Part shown: positions 28,780-41,500 of the stretch, piece by piece
How the letters are laid out: each line of letters begins with the position of its first letter
How positions within the stretch are numbered: position 1 is the first letter of the stretch
Assembly (NCBI GenBank): GCA_963743425.1
Contig: CAVUPU010000001.1
Location: 32,150-96,149 of the forward strand
Length of the DNA: 64,000 bases
Direction of reading: 5' to 3'
DNA from: an uncultured Acidobacteriota bacterium
GTDB taxonomy: Bacteria > Acidobacteriota > Blastocatellia > RBC074
Made by a program: the position numbers and the translations under genes
Notes under the pieces: model-generated
The model's database searches: none
The model's input: the letters and a program-made list of their open reading frames with translations, nothing else
What the model was told of the DNA's origin: nothing

Positions 28780-29754
28780 TCACTCCTTGATCGGATGGCC
28801 TTCGATCAATTCGATGCGAATTTTATCCGGCCCTTCGATGAATGCGAATTTGATCTTGCCGCCGGCGACCGAACGAATCTCATCTGTCACTTTGACGCCG
28901 TCTTTGCGCAGCTTCTCCAAAGCTTCAGGCAGATTCGCGACGCTGAATCCGACGTGGTCAACGACGCGGCCCTTGGTCGATTCAAGCTCGGTCTTGCCTT
29001 TCCAATGCTCAGGATAAGCCTTCTTCGGGTACTCGACCGGATAGATGATGATGTTGACGTTGTCCATCGCGAGCGACATCGAAGGGCCGATCTGGTAGCT
29101 GCGATAAAAACGGGGTTCGCGCGACGGCGCGCGAGTCCCGCGACGTTTGGCGCCGAAATACTTCTCATACCATTCGCCGGCCGCCACCGGGTCGGCGCTG
29201 AACATGTGCAGGTGGCCGAAGTGATGATGCCCCGCCGTGTTGATCTCGATCAGAGCTTTGTCCGGGCTTTCGATGTAGGCGTAAAAGAACCGCCCTGTGG
29301 CGCCGGTATTGCCGCCGATGTCGCTGATGTCCGTCAACGGCGTGAAGAACTTCGTGCCCGCGGCCACATGCTTTTCATAAGTCGCCTTCATATCCTCCGC
29401 GCCCCAGCCGAAATGCCATATCGCCGAAGTCAATTCCCAGGGCGGGGCCTTTTCGACTTTGGTGAACAGCAACCAGGATTTCTGCGCCCAGACCGCGTCG
29501 AGCATTCCAGCGAACTTCGCCTTCTCGCAATCGAATTTCGAGGTGTAGAAATCAATCGCGCCTTTCGGGTCGAGGGTATTCAGGTGCAGGTGATGGAAAT
29601 GGGCTTCGGGAAACTGCGCCTCGGCGGGTTTGTTTTCCGCAGTCGGCGGCTTCGTCTCCTGCGCGTTGAAGCCGGATACGCACAACGCCAACGCCGCTAA
29701 AAAGAGAAGAAAGCTGACTGGTACAGGCCATAGCCAATTTTTTTTCCTAAGCAT
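28780..29754 (-). CDS. VOC-family protein (glyoxalase/bleomycin-resistance/extradiol dioxygenase fold, two modules), secreted
   Basis: Signal peptide. Paired beta-alpha-beta-beta-beta modules with His/Glu metal ligands (HFHHLHL..., HVGFSV). Confidence 0.7.
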   Translation of the reverse strand: MLRKKNWLWPVPVSFLLFLAALALCVSGFNAQETKPPTAENKPAEAQFPEAHFHHLHLNTLDPKGAIDFYTSKFDCEKAKFAGMLDAVWAQKSWLLFTKVEKAPPWELTSAIWHFGWGAEDMKATYEKHVAAGTKFFTPLTDISDIGGNTGATGRFFYAYIESPDKALIEINTAGHHHFGHLHMFSADPVAAGEWYEKYFGAKRRGTRAPSREPRFYRSYQIGPSMSLAMDNVNIIIYPVEYPKKAYPEHWKGKTELESTKGRVVDHVGFSVANLPEALEKLRKDGVKVTDEIRSVAGGKIKFAFIEGPDKIRIELIEGHPIKE

Positions 29755-29771
29755 GGAGATTTCTCCGTAAT

Positions 29772-29854
29772 GTAGGGGCAGACCTGCGTGTCTGCCCCGG
29801 TTTCAGGAAGGCGCGCCTCATCACACCGGGACAGACACACAGGTCTGCCCCTAC
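29772..29854. repeat. hairpin element GTAGGGGCAGACCTGCGTGTCTGCCCCGG ... CCGGGACAGACACACAGGTCTGCCCCTAC; each arm is itself a hairpin
   Basis: Direct reading. There are two mismatches between the arms. Confidence 0.75.
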
Positions 29855-29944
29855 GTTGTCGCAATTAACGCGGCCAAAAATGGGCGCCCCAACGCGCCGG
29901 ATTGCGCATCAGACCGCCCATTCATCGCTTGCCGCGGGAGCGGT

Positions 29945-31492
<1,548 letters not shown>

Positions 31493-31516
31493 ATGATGAC
31501 TCCTTGGGGAAAGGTT

Positions 31517-31577
31517 CGTAGTACCGCCTTCAGGCGGAAGCGGAATCCTTCCGCTTCCGCCTGAAGGCGGTACTACG
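31517..31577. repeat. GTAC-type perfect hairpin CGTAGTACCGCCTTCAGGCGGAAGCGGAATCC|TTCCGCTTCCGCCTGAAGGCGGTACTACG
   Basis: Direct reading. Confidence 0.8.
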
Positions 31578-31587
31578 AACGCAATAT

Positions 31588-32988
31588 CTACTTATTCGAA
31601 GCGGTCTGTGTCTGTCCCTGCGCGCGCAGGTTCTGACTGTCAATCGTGTAATCCATCCATCCGATCATCATCTCTTCCCAGGTCTGGTCGCCCCAGCGGA
31701 CGGTGATGGTCGGGTCGGGATTGAATTTGTTGGCGGCTGAATTGTCGTGGTGCGCCAGGCATTCGATGCGACTGCCTTTGGGAACGGCGATCGGCTCTTT
31801 GACGAAGTAATTCAATTGCCAGTTGAAATCGTACTTCGGAACGCGCAGCAGAATCTTCTCCTTGCCGTCGGGGTAAACCAGCTTGTACTCGAAATCCTTG
31901 CCCCGGACGTGCATATGCGGCATGAAAGAGTGGATGTGCGCGTCTTCGGTGAAGGTGAGTGACGAGCGCGATTCGAAGTTCGCATCCCCCGGCGGGATCT
32001 CCAGTTTGCGCGGATCGGTCGAGACGCCCCTGGTGATGACGCGCTTTTCGATCGGCTCTTTGGCGAACCAGAATCCCACGCTGGTGCGATCTTTGGCCGC
32101 GACGCCGTTGGTCGTGTAATGCATCTGGAAGATCAGAACCGAGCCTTTCTTGACGAGCTTGGCCTGGCCGGGCTTGAGCGTGAGCGGACTCATTCCCGGC
32201 GCCCAGCCGACGATCATGCGGTCGGGATTCATACCGCGAGGCCGGTTGTTCTGCGCCTGCTGCGGATCGCGCGCGGCTTCGGGATTGACCCGCTGCTGAT
32301 CCCTCCTGATCTCGCCAGCGGGTGGAAGCGGGCCCTGGTCAGGCTCGCGCACGCTGACTATGACATGATGCACGACGCTCGGCTCGCCGCGTTTGATCTG
32401 GGCGAATTGAATGTATTTGTCTTCGGTGAAGTTGGTCGGGACGGCCCAATAACGGTACGGCACCGTGCCGTCGGCGGGGATCGATGCCTCTTCGGTCAAT
32501 GAGAAGACTGCGTCGGGCTGGCCGAATTTCCATCCAACGTCATTGAATTTCGGCGCCGGAGGCAAATCCTTCGCGTCGCCCTCCTTCGATCCGCCGTCAA
32601 CCCAGGCGCGGATCGTTGCGATCTGCTGCTCGGTCAATCGCGGATCGTTGAGGAATTCACCATGATTCGGATCGGCGTACCAGGGTGGCATCTCCCGGCT
32701 TATGACTCTTTCGCGGATCGATTTGGCCCACGGGCGGACATCTTTGTACGCTAGAAGCGACATCGGCGCCATCTCGCCGGGGCGGTGGCAGGTGGCGCAT
32801 TTGTCGTGAAGAATCGGCGCGACATCTTTATTGAATGTCACAACCGCGTTGCTCGTTCCGCTCGCGTCGCCCTGTCGTTGTGATACGAAGAAGGCCACGA
32901 GCGCTAAAGCGAGGACCATGCAAATAGCGGCGTTGCGTCTCATAAACTCATCCCTCCGATACATCCACGAAGTCACGCGAAGAAACAC
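31588..32988 (-). CDS. monoheme cytochrome c domain fused to a large domain with a His/Met arrangement like PHM/DBH copper monooxygenases
   Basis: N-terminal [12 protein letters not shown]...MPPWYADP (PSCyt-like). Downstream are [19 protein letters not shown] and MMIGWM, which recall the CuH/CuM ligand sets of copper type II monooxygenases. This is an inference. Confidence 0.55.
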   Translation of the reverse strand: MFLRVTSWMYRRDEFMRRNAAICMVLALALVAFFVSQRQGDASGTSNAVVTFNKDVAPILHDKCATCHRPGEMAPMSLLAYKDVRPWAKSIRERVISREMPPWYADPNHGEFLNDPRLTEQQIATIRAWVDGGSKEGDAKDLPPAPKFNDVGWKFGQPDAVFSLTEEASIPADGTVPYRYWAVPTNFTEDKYIQFAQIKRGEPSVVHHVIVSVREPDQGPLPPAGEIRRDQQRVNPEAARDPQQAQNNRPRGMNPDRMIVGWAPGMSPLTLKPGQAKLVKKGSVLIFQMHYTTNGVAAKDRTSVGFWFAKEPIEKRVITRGVSTDPRKLEIPPGDANFESRSSLTFTEDAHIHSFMPHMHVRGKDFEYKLVYPDGKEKILLRVPKYDFNWQLNYFVKEPIAVPKGSRIECLAHHDNSAANKFNPDPTITVRWGDQTWEEMMIGWMDYTIDSQNLRAQGQTQTASNK

Positions 32989-33221
32989 GAAGAAAAAAGG
33001 GAAAATCTTCGCGCCCCTTCGTGTGACTTAGTGGATGGTTTTCATCTTGTCGAAAGCCACCGTTCGCGAATGCGAATCGGGCGACGCGGGTTCTGTTTTG
33101 AAATACGATTGGACCGGAGCTTTTGTTACGACTCTTCTGAAATCAAGACGATAAAAACCGACGGCTGGTCACTTCCATTTCATCGCCGGTCAGACCGGAA
33201 TTACCCATTCCGATCAACCGG

Positions 33222-33250
33222 ACGTAAACTTACCGGTCGGTAAGTAGAAT
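33222..33250. promoter_or_regulatory. second copy of the CGTAAACTTACCG-N-TCGGTAAGT motif (half-palindrome) in the divergent region upstream of the FG-GAP gene
   Basis: Direct reading. See 22778-22813. Confidence 0.45.
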
Positions 33251-33358
33251 GTCAAGCATAGGAAAAATGATGGAAGAAAATGTCTCTCGTCACCGTCTAA
33301 AGCTGAGAACGAAGGGACCGTCCGGCCCTGTCACAGTCAACAAATGAGGTGAAAGTCT

Positions 33359-34130
33359 ATGATCCGAATTCTTGTCCTGATAGCGTTAGTCGGGGCTGTT
33401 CAAGCTCAATCACAAAGTCCGCTGTTTAACCCCTCTCCCGGCTCGCCTGTCGAAGTTGGAGAAGGTTCGGGGAAGTTGATCCTCGCGGATGTCAATGGCG
33501 ACGGCCGGCTCGATATGGTGACCAGTCATTTGCTAAGACGCCTGGTGACGGTGCAGATTGGCGATGGAACTGGGCGGTTCGCCGCCGCCGCCGGTAGTCC
33601 AATGGTCCTGGGCTACCTGCCGGGAGACATCAAGCTCGGAGACGTCAACAACGATGGAATCCTCGACCTCGGCGTCACGAACAGCGACCGGGATAACGTC
33701 GATATTTTCCTCGGCAACGGCAAGGGCGGTTTCAGCCTGGCCCCCGGATCGCCTTTCACTGCGAGCGCAGCGGTCGAATTCTACACGCGCAGCCTTCATC
33801 TTGTGGACCTCAATGGAGATGGGAAACTGGACATCGTCACTGCGAATCATCGTCGGAACAGCTTCGCCACGATGTTTGGAAACGGTCGCGGCGGATTCAC
33901 GCCAGGGCCGACCACGACCTTCCATTCAGGCCAGGATAATTATGCGTTCGCCTTTGGCGACATTGACGGAGATGGACGCCTCGATATCGTAGTCGCGAGT
34001 GGCGAGATGGGTGATAGCGCCGACCCTGGCAGGGTGGAACTGCAGCGTGGCGATGGAAAATGATGGCAAACTCGATATTGCGGCATCCAGCTTTGAAGGC
34101 AATGCTGTGACCGTGCTGCTGGGGCGATAA
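33359..34130 (+). CDS. FG-GAP repeat (integrin-alpha-like / VCBS) secreted protein; apparent +1 frameshift at ~34055 (A4 run)
   Basis: Four DxNGDGxLD-type repeats ([50 protein letters not shown]). After the shift the sequence continues ...[24 protein letters not shown], and that stop overlaps the ADOP ATG. Confidence 0.6.
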
Positions 34131-34131
34131 C

Positions 34132-36585
34132 ATGCAAACACTGTTGCAAGACCTGCGCTACGGCGCGCGAATGTTGCTTAAGAAACCCGGTTTTACGTTA
34201 ATTGCCGTCATCACGCTTGCGCTGGGCATCGGAGCGAACACGGCGATCTTTACTGTAGTCAATGGTGTGCTGCTGCGCCCGCTGCCTTACGACGAGCCGG
34301 ATCGGTTGGTGATGCTCTGGGAGAGCGATCCGCGCCGGAATATCGAGCGGCAGCGGGTTGCGCCGCCGAACCTGGTTGAGTGGCGGGAGCAGAGTCGCTC
34401 TTTTGAAGACATCGCGTACTGGACGGGCAATGGCGAGTTCAATCTGGTAACGGCCGATGGCATCGAAAAGGCAATGTGCGCTTACGTCACGTCGAGTCTC
34501 TTCTCGACCTTGCGCGTCAGGCCGCATCTGGGCCGCGCGTTCCTGCCGGAAGAGGATCAGCTCGAAGGCAATCGCGTCGCGCTTCTCAGTTACGAATACT
34601 GGCAGCGGCGCTTTGCCGCGGACCCGCAGGTGATTGGCAGGACGCTGACAATGGATACGTTTGGCCGGCGCGATTACACCGTCGTCGGCGTAATGCAGCC
34701 TGGGTTCCGCTTCCCCAATCAGACGGAAATCTGGTTGCCGGTGGGATGGGACGGCATTCCCAGAGCGCGCCGCGGCAATTGGCTATCAGTGATCGCGCGG
34801 CTCAAGGACGGCGCGTCATTAACGCAAGCCCAGGCCGAAATGAACCTGATCCAGTCGCGCATCGAACAGCGACACCGCGAGGCCAGTCCGAGCGTCGTCA
34901 TTATCCCGCTGCTCGAACAGACGCTGGGCGCGAGGTTGAGTTCGGCGTTGCTGATTTTGTGGGGCGTCGTCGCGTGCGTTTTGTTGATTGCGTGCGCGAA
35001 TGTCGCCAACCTGCTGCTGGCACGCGCCGCCGACCGGCACAAAGAGATCGCCATCCGGCTGGCGTTGGGCGGAAGCCGATGGCGGATGGTCCGGCAGTTG
35101 CTGACTGAATGCATGTCGCTGGCGTTCCTGGGCGGCGCCTTCGGCGCGCTGCTGGCCGGTTGGAGTCTCAAGCTGTTGATCGCCTTCAACGCCGACCACA
35201 TCCCGCGACTAGGTGAGACACGATTGGATGGTCGGTCGCTGGCTTTCACGACGTTGGCCACCTGCCTGACCGGCTTGCTCTTCGGCCTCGCGTCCGCCTG
35301 GCAAACGACGAAGCCTGATTTGAACGTCGCGCTGAAAGACAGCGGCGGAGGCGCGACCGGTGGTTTGCGGCGCAACCGGTTGCGCGCACTTTTGATCGTC
35401 GCCGAGGTCGCGCTGTCAATGTTGTTGTTGATCGGGGCGGGCTTGATGATCCGTAGCTTCGCGCAGATGACGCGCGTTGATCGCGGCTTTCGACCGGATC
35501 ACCTGTTGACCGCGAAACTCGATTTCTCAGTCTCTGGCTTCACCACCTGGGTCAGGCCGACCGAGACGCGACCGCAGGTAACGATACGCGAATTGATAGA
35601 GCGCCTGAAGAATCAGCCCGGCGCGCAAGCGGTCGGCGCCACGAGCGACAAGGCGGGCTTCCAGATCACAGTCGAAAACCGCCAGACCGGCGTGGAAGAA
35701 GATTATCCGCGCACAAGTTTTCAGGGCGTTACATCGGACTACTTCCGCGCGATGGGCGTTCCGATGCTGCAAGGCCGCACATTCAACGAGGCCGACTCCT
35801 TGGAAGCGCCGCGCGTCGCCATCCTCAGCGAAGCGCTGGCGAAGCGATGTTTCCCCAACGAGAATCCCATCGGCAAACGGATTTATCTCGGCCGCTTGAA
35901 CCCCGGCCAGGTTGGCGAGCTTGATCGATGGACGAACGTGACGTTGTGGGCAGAGATTGTCGGCGTCGTGGCGGATGTGAAGAGCATGAGCCTCGACCCG
36001 CAGGTCGAATCTAATGTCTACGTTCCTTACTTGCAGTGGCCGATGCAAACGCCGACGCTCTTCGTGCGGACGGCGGGGAACCCGGCCAACTTCGCGGCGG
36101 CGCTCTACAGCGAAGTCAAAGCCTTGAACAAAAACCTGCCCACGCCGAAAGTTCAGACGATGAACGAGCGGCTCTCCGACGTAGTTGCGGAGCCACGCTT
36201 TCAAACCTTGTTGCTTGGCTTGTTCGGTCTCGTGGCGCTGGTCCTTGTCAGCGCTGGCATCTACGGCGTCGTCTCGTATTCGGTCGCGCAGCGCACACAA
36301 GAGATCGGCATACGCATGGCGCTTGGCGCAGGCGCGCGCGATGTCTTGCGGCTCGTGATCGGGCAGGGTATGAAGCTTGTGTTGATCGGCCTCGCCATCG
36401 GCTTGGCTGGAGCATTGGCGCTGACTCGTTTGATGAAGACTTTGTTGTTCGGCGTGAGCGCCAGCGATCCGCTGACGTTCGGCTCGATTACGCTGCTGCT
36501 TGCGCTCGTCGCGCTGCTGGCGTGCTGGATTCCGGCTCGCCGCGCTATCAGGGTCAATCCAATAGTGGCGTTGCGGCGCGAATGA
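34132..36585 (+). CDS. ADOP-family ABC transporter permease (MacB-like)
   Basis: [22 protein letters not shown] leader. 817 aa. Ends IVALRRE. Confidence 0.85.
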   Translation: MQTLLQDLRYGARMLLKKPGFTLIAVITLALGIGANTAIFTVVNGVLLRPLPYDEPDRLVMLWESDPRRNIERQRVAPPNLVEWREQSRSFEDIAYWTGNGEFNLVTADGIEKAMCAYVTSSLFSTLRVRPHLGRAFLPEEDQLEGNRVALLSYEYWQRRFAADPQVIGRTLTMDTFGRRDYTVVGVMQPGFRFPNQTEIWLPVGWDGIPRARRGNWLSVIARLKDGASLTQAQAEMNLIQSRIEQRHREASPSVVIIPLLEQTLGARLSSALLILWGVVACVLLIACANVANLLLARAADRHKEIAIRLALGGSRWRMVRQLLTECMSLAFLGGAFGALLAGWSLKLLIAFNADHIPRLGETRLDGRSLAFTTLATCLTGLLFGLASAWQTTKPDLNVALKDSGGGATGGLRRNRLRALLIVAEVALSMLLLIGAGLMIRSFAQMTRVDRGFRPDHLLTAKLDFSVSGFTTWVRPTETRPQVTIRELIERLKNQPGAQAVGATSDKAGFQITVENRQTGVEEDYPRTSFQGVTSDYFRAMGVPMLQGRTFNEADSLEAPRVAILSEALAKRCFPNENPIGKRIYLGRLNPGQVGELDRWTNVTLWAEIVGVVADVKSMSLDPQVESNVYVPYLQWPMQTPTLFVRTAGNPANFAAALYSEVKALNKNLPTPKVQTMNERLSDVVAEPRFQTLLLGLFGLVALVLVSAGIYGVVSYSVAQRTQEIGIRMALGAGARDVLRLVIGQGMKLVLIGLAIGLAGALALTRLMKTLLFGVSASDPLTFGSITLLLALVALLACWIPARRAIRVNPIVALRRE

Positions 36586-36680
36586 GGCGCGCAATTTTAT
36601 ATCGTCCTGCCGGATGCGATGCGTTATTATCCCGCCTCCCATATGCCGATTTGTCTGCCCCATCGCGCTGCGAGGTTTCT

Positions 36681-37052
36681 ATGAGATTTGCAGACATTAT
36701 TTCCGAGGCGACCAAGCTGGCTCGCCCAATCGTTCCAAGCGAGGAATGCTCTGCGGCCAGCGTCGCATCCGTCATCATCTCCGGTTTGGGGAATACCTAT
36801 ACCGGCGTGTGCGTGGATTTCGACTGTGGAATAGGGTTCTGCGCTGAACACGCCGCCGTCGCCGAGATGTTGAAGCGCCGCGAATCCAAAATTTCAATGG
36901 TCGTGGCGGTCAATGATCGCGGCGAAGTTCTGCCGCCGTGTGGCCGTTGTCGTGAGATGATGTGGCAACTCGATCCGGCAAATAGAGAGGCTCTGGTTGT
37001 CCTTGGCGGTGATTGGGCGCTGCCGCTGCGCGAACTATTGCCATACAGGTGA
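36681..37052 (+). CDS. cytidine/deoxycytidylate deaminase-family zinc-binding protein (CDA-like, ~124 aa)
   Basis: CAEHAA ... PCGRCRE zinc-ligand motifs. The listed 36036-37052 ORF is a spurious 5' extension. ATG at 36681. Confidence 0.6.
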   Translation: MRFADIISEATKLARPIVPSEECSAASVASVIISGLGNTYTGVCVDFDCGIGFCAEHAAVAEMLKRRESKISMVVAVNDRGEVLPPCGRCREMMWQLDPANREALVVLGGDWALPLRELLPYR

Positions 37053-37220
37053 CGTTTATTGTCAGAGCATCACTATACAGTCGCATTATGTTCGCGCTGG
37101 CTCGAAAGTTGGGATTCGCTATCCTGACCAACGCCGCTGACTCTGGATTCACGTTATGCAATGCGACGGCCACGATTGTGCTCAGTCATTTTCTGCTCCA
37201 ACCCTAGAGGAGATTGGCTA

Positions 37221-38505
37221 ATGGAAACTTTATGGCAAGACATTCGCTTCGGATTCAGGATATTGTTCAAGAGTCCCGCTTTTACCCTTGTCGCGGCGCT
37301 CTCTCTGGCGCTCGGCATCGGCGCGAACACGGCGGTCTTCAGCATCATCAACGCATCATTGTTGAAACCGTTGCCGGTCGAAGAGCCTGAGCGGCTGGTG
37401 TCGTTCTTCACGACGGACGCCAAGAATCCGGGCAACCTTCCGACCCGAAGGTTTCACCGGAACCGATCTTGGGCCTGGCCCCGACCTGTGGGTTCCGATG
37501 ATGATGCACGATCAGTCGCAGCCGGGGTTCGACTGGTACAACGGGCGACGCGGCCTCTTTCTCAATCTGATCGGCCGCCTCAAACCGGGCGTAAGCGTCG
37601 AGCAAGCGCAGGCTTCACTCAAAAATTTCGCCGGCCAGTTGGCGCAATCCTATCCCAAAGACAACGAGGGGCGCAGCGCGAAAGTCATTCCGCTGCTCCA
37701 GGCCGGAATTGACCCTGATGGCTCGGGCCAACTGCTGCTCGCTTCGGGAGTGATGATGGCGGTCGTCGCTCTGGTCTTGTTGATCGCCTGCGCCAATATC
37801 GCCAATCTGCTGCTGGCGCGCGCTTCCGCCCGTCGCAAGGAGATCGCAATGCGGCTCGCGCTGGGAGCCGGACGCGCGCGGTTGATCAGACAGCTCCTGA
37901 CCGAAAGCCTCGTCCTTTCATTGGTGGGCGGCGTGGTCGGATTTCTGGTAGCGTTCTGGGCGAAAGACCTGTTGCGCTTCTTCGATCCGGTTGGCGGCGA
38001 GCCGAACGCTCCGCCGGTCGCAACGTTGAATTTCCGCGTGCTCGGCTTCACCTTGCTGGTCTCGCTCCTGAGCGGAATCATCTTCGGACTGGCGCCCGCG
38101 CTGCAAGCCTCCAAACCGGATCTGGTGTTAACGCTGAAAGGCGAAACGTCCGCGCCGGCTCGCCGTGCTTTCGGCTTCAATCTCCGCAAGGCTCTGGTGG
38201 TGATTCAGGTCGCGCTCTCGCTGGTCGCGCTGATCAGCGCGGGACTGTTTGTGCGGAGCCTGCGCAACGCGCAAGCCGTCAATCCCGGCTTCATCACCGA
38301 CAACATCCTGCTCGCCGGCTTCAATCTGGGTCGCGAGGGAATGGCCAAACCGCAGGGCGTCAACTTCCAGCGACAATTGGTGGAGCGCGTCGCCGCGCTG
38401 CCAGGCGCGCAATCTGTGATGATCGCGAGCAGTCGCCCCTTCGGCGGCGGGTTTCTCCGCAGCGTCTTTCTCGAAGGGCAGGCGCCCAGTGAGCGAGGCG
38501 TGTTG
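37221..38505 (+). pseudogene. truncated and frameshifted ADOP permease remnant (leader, shortened periplasmic domain, first FtsX module), ending at a heptamer array
   Basis: [22 protein letters not shown] leader. Frame break at ~37440. The second FtsX half is absent. The reading frame runs into (GACATCY)x3 at 38510-38533 and then into the 3' end of the convergent gdh. Confidence 0.6.
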
Positions 38506-38539
38506 GTGCATGACATCCGACATCTGACATCTGCCCTTA

Positions 38540-41500
38540 TCAAGCGAGGTGGCGCAGTTCACGCAGCGCGACCGAGATCATTGAGACGTCCATCGTGGGC
38601 GCGTTCTTGAGTTCGGCCAGCAGTTGCTGGGTGCGTTCGATCGCGCGCTGATTTCGCGCCCGCCACGAGCCGACCAATGCGTCGGAGGAGACGGTCTCAT
38701 CGAAGCCGTTGATCGCTTCGCCCGTGATGGCGCTTTGCAGTCCCGCGAGGTCGTCGAGCATCGCGTTACGGGCCATCGCCTGCCAGTGCTGGTTGGCAGG
38801 CAGGGCGTTGATCTGCTCGCGCAGCTCCGGCAGTCCGAGTTGGGTGGCGAGATCGAAGTAGACTCCCGCCACGCGTTCAACCTTCTGATGGGAGACGCCG
38901 GCCACTTCGACGATGTCCAACGCCGCAAACAACGCGTCGAGGCTGGATGCGCGCATTGCCGTGGATTCGGGCACGCCACTCTCCCTCAACTTCGCGGCGA
39001 GCGATTGCATCCGCTCGCGGTCCGCCTCGTCTAGCACGCCGGGTAATTGCCGCGCGAGCGCTTCCACTCCTTGACTGAAATGAGCGATTGTGCTCGCCAT
39101 ATCCTCGGCGAGTCGCCGCGAACGAAGGAACCACGCGGTCGCGCGCACAATCAGGAGGTCGGCCTCGATCACCATTTCGGCCTGAACGCTGTCCTCAACC
39201 TTGTTGTCGAGCGCCTCGATCTCTTTCCAGTGCGGCACAAGGCCGAAGACCTCGCGCGTGAGCAGATAGGCCCGCACGATCTCAGCCGGGCTGAAGCCGG
39301 TGATCTCCATCAGGTAATGGACGAAGGTACCGCCCACGCGGTTGAGCATGCTGTTGGTGACGTGGGTGGCGATGATCTCGCGCTTCAGCGGGTGGCGCGA
39401 CATGTAGCCGGAATAACGCTCGCGCAGCGCCTGCGGGAAGTATCTGACGAGCGCCGATTCCACCCACGAATCGTCGGGAAGCGTCGAGGCGAGCAATTCG
39501 TCGAAGAGCCAGATCTTGCTGTATGCGAGCAGGACCGCGTTTTCGGGGTTGGTCAATCCTGTCTGCCTGGCGCGCCGTTCTGCGATCTCTTCGTCCGAGG
39601 GGAGAAATTCGATCTGGCGATTGAGCCGCCCCTTTTTTTCCAGGAACCGGATGAAACGCTGCTGCGGGTCGATCAGTAGAGACGCCATGTGGCCCGAGAC
39701 CGAGAGCCACTGCGTTTGTGAGTAATTGTCGCGCAGCGCGAGCGCGGCCACCTCGTCGGTCATCTGCGCCAGCAGCGCGTTGCGTTGTTTCTCGGTCAGC
39801 TCACCGTCGGCCATGACCATTCCGAGCAGGATCTTGATGTTGACCTCGTGATCGGACGTGCTCACGCCGGCGGAGTTGTCAATCGCGTCGGTGTTGATGC
39901 GCCCGCCGGCGAGCGCGTATTCGACGCGGCCCAGTTGCGTGAAGCCGAGGTTGCCGCCTTCGGCCACCGCCTTGCAGCGCAGGTCTGCGCCGTTGACGCG
40001 CACGGCGTCGTTGGCGCGGTCGCCGACCTCGGCGTTCCTCTCCTGGCCCGACTTGACGTAGGTTCCGATGCCGCCGTTGTAGAGCAAATCGACCGGGGCC
40101 TTGAGAATCGCGCTGATCAGTTCGTTGGGCGTCATCTCGTCGGCCTCCACGCCGAGCGCCCGCCGCGCCTCCGGCGAGACCGCGATGGATTTGGCCGTGC
40201 GGGGATAGACGCCGCCGCCGGTCGAAATCAGGTTGGCGCCGTAATCGGCCCACGACGAGCGCGGGAGATTGAAGAGCCTTTCGCGCTCCTTGAAGCTCGC
40301 TTCCGTGTCGGGATCGGGGTCGAGAAAGATATGACGATGATCGAATGCGGCGACGAGCTTGATGTGACGCGAGAGCAGAATCCCATTGCCGAAGACGTCG
40401 CCAGACATGTCGCCGATCCCGGCCACCGTGAAATCAGTGGTCTGCGTGTTGACGCCCATCTCGCGGAAGTGTCGTTTGACCGACTCCCACGCGCCGCGCG
40501 CCGTGATAGCCATCGCCTTGTGGTCGTAGCCGGCTGAGCCGCCTGAGGCGAACGCGTCGCTCAGCCAGAAATCGTATTCCTTGCTGATCGCGTTGGCGTA
40601 ATCGGAGAAGGTGGCCGTGCCCTTGTCGGCGGCGACGACCAGATAGGGATCGTCCTCGTCGTGGCGTCGAACCTGTGGCGGCGGCTCGATCCGGTTCTGT
40701 ACGCGGTTGTCTGTTATGTCGAGCAGTCCGCGCAGATAGTCCTGATAACATTCCACGCCCTCTTTCAGGTAAGCCTCGCGGTCGGCGGGCGAGGGCGCGC
40801 GCTTGAGCACGAAGCCGCCCTTCGATCCGACGGGCACGATGACGGTGTTCTTGACCATCTGCGCCTTGACCAGTCCCAGTATCTCGGTGCGGAAATCTTC
40901 GGGACGATCCGACCATCGCAAGCCTCCGCGAGCTACACGGCCGCCGCGCAAGTGCACGCCCTCGAAGCGCGGCGAGTAGACGAAGATTTCGAACATCGGT
41001 TTTGGTTCTGGCAGCGCCGGAATCTTCGCCGGATCGAACTTGAATGAGAGGAATGATCGCCGTCGCCCCGCGTCGTCCGCGCGCCAGAAGTTGGTCCGCG
41101 TAGTGGCGCGGATGAGGGCCAGGATTTGCCGCAGCACGCGGTCTTCGTTCAGATTCTGCACGCGGTCGAGCGACGCCTTGATCTCCTTGATCGTCTCGGC
41201 CTCGGCCTCTGCGTCGTTCGGGAGAGAAGGATCGAAGCGCAGCTTGAAGAGTTCGATAAGTTGGCGCGCGACGCCGGCGTTGTTGGTGAGCGTGGCTTCG
41301 ATGAATCTGAGCGGGAGCGGGAATCCGATCTGCCGCAGATATTTCGAGTAGGCGCGGAGGATGACGATTTCTTCGGCGGGCAAGCGCGCGGTGATCACAA
41401 GGCGGTTGAAATCGTCTTTCTCGATTTCGCGTCGGAAGAGGCGTCCGAAGGCGCCCTCGAAGATCGCCTGCAGCTCGTCAACCTCCATGTCGATGTCGGC

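Noticed and set aside
36036-37052. 338-aa ORF covering the ADOP3 3' end and the intergenic region.
   Set aside because: Only the last 124 codons, from ATG 36681, have a recognisable fold with cytidine-deaminase zinc motifs. The upstream part is Arg/Ala-rich shadow frame overlapping the ADOP gene.
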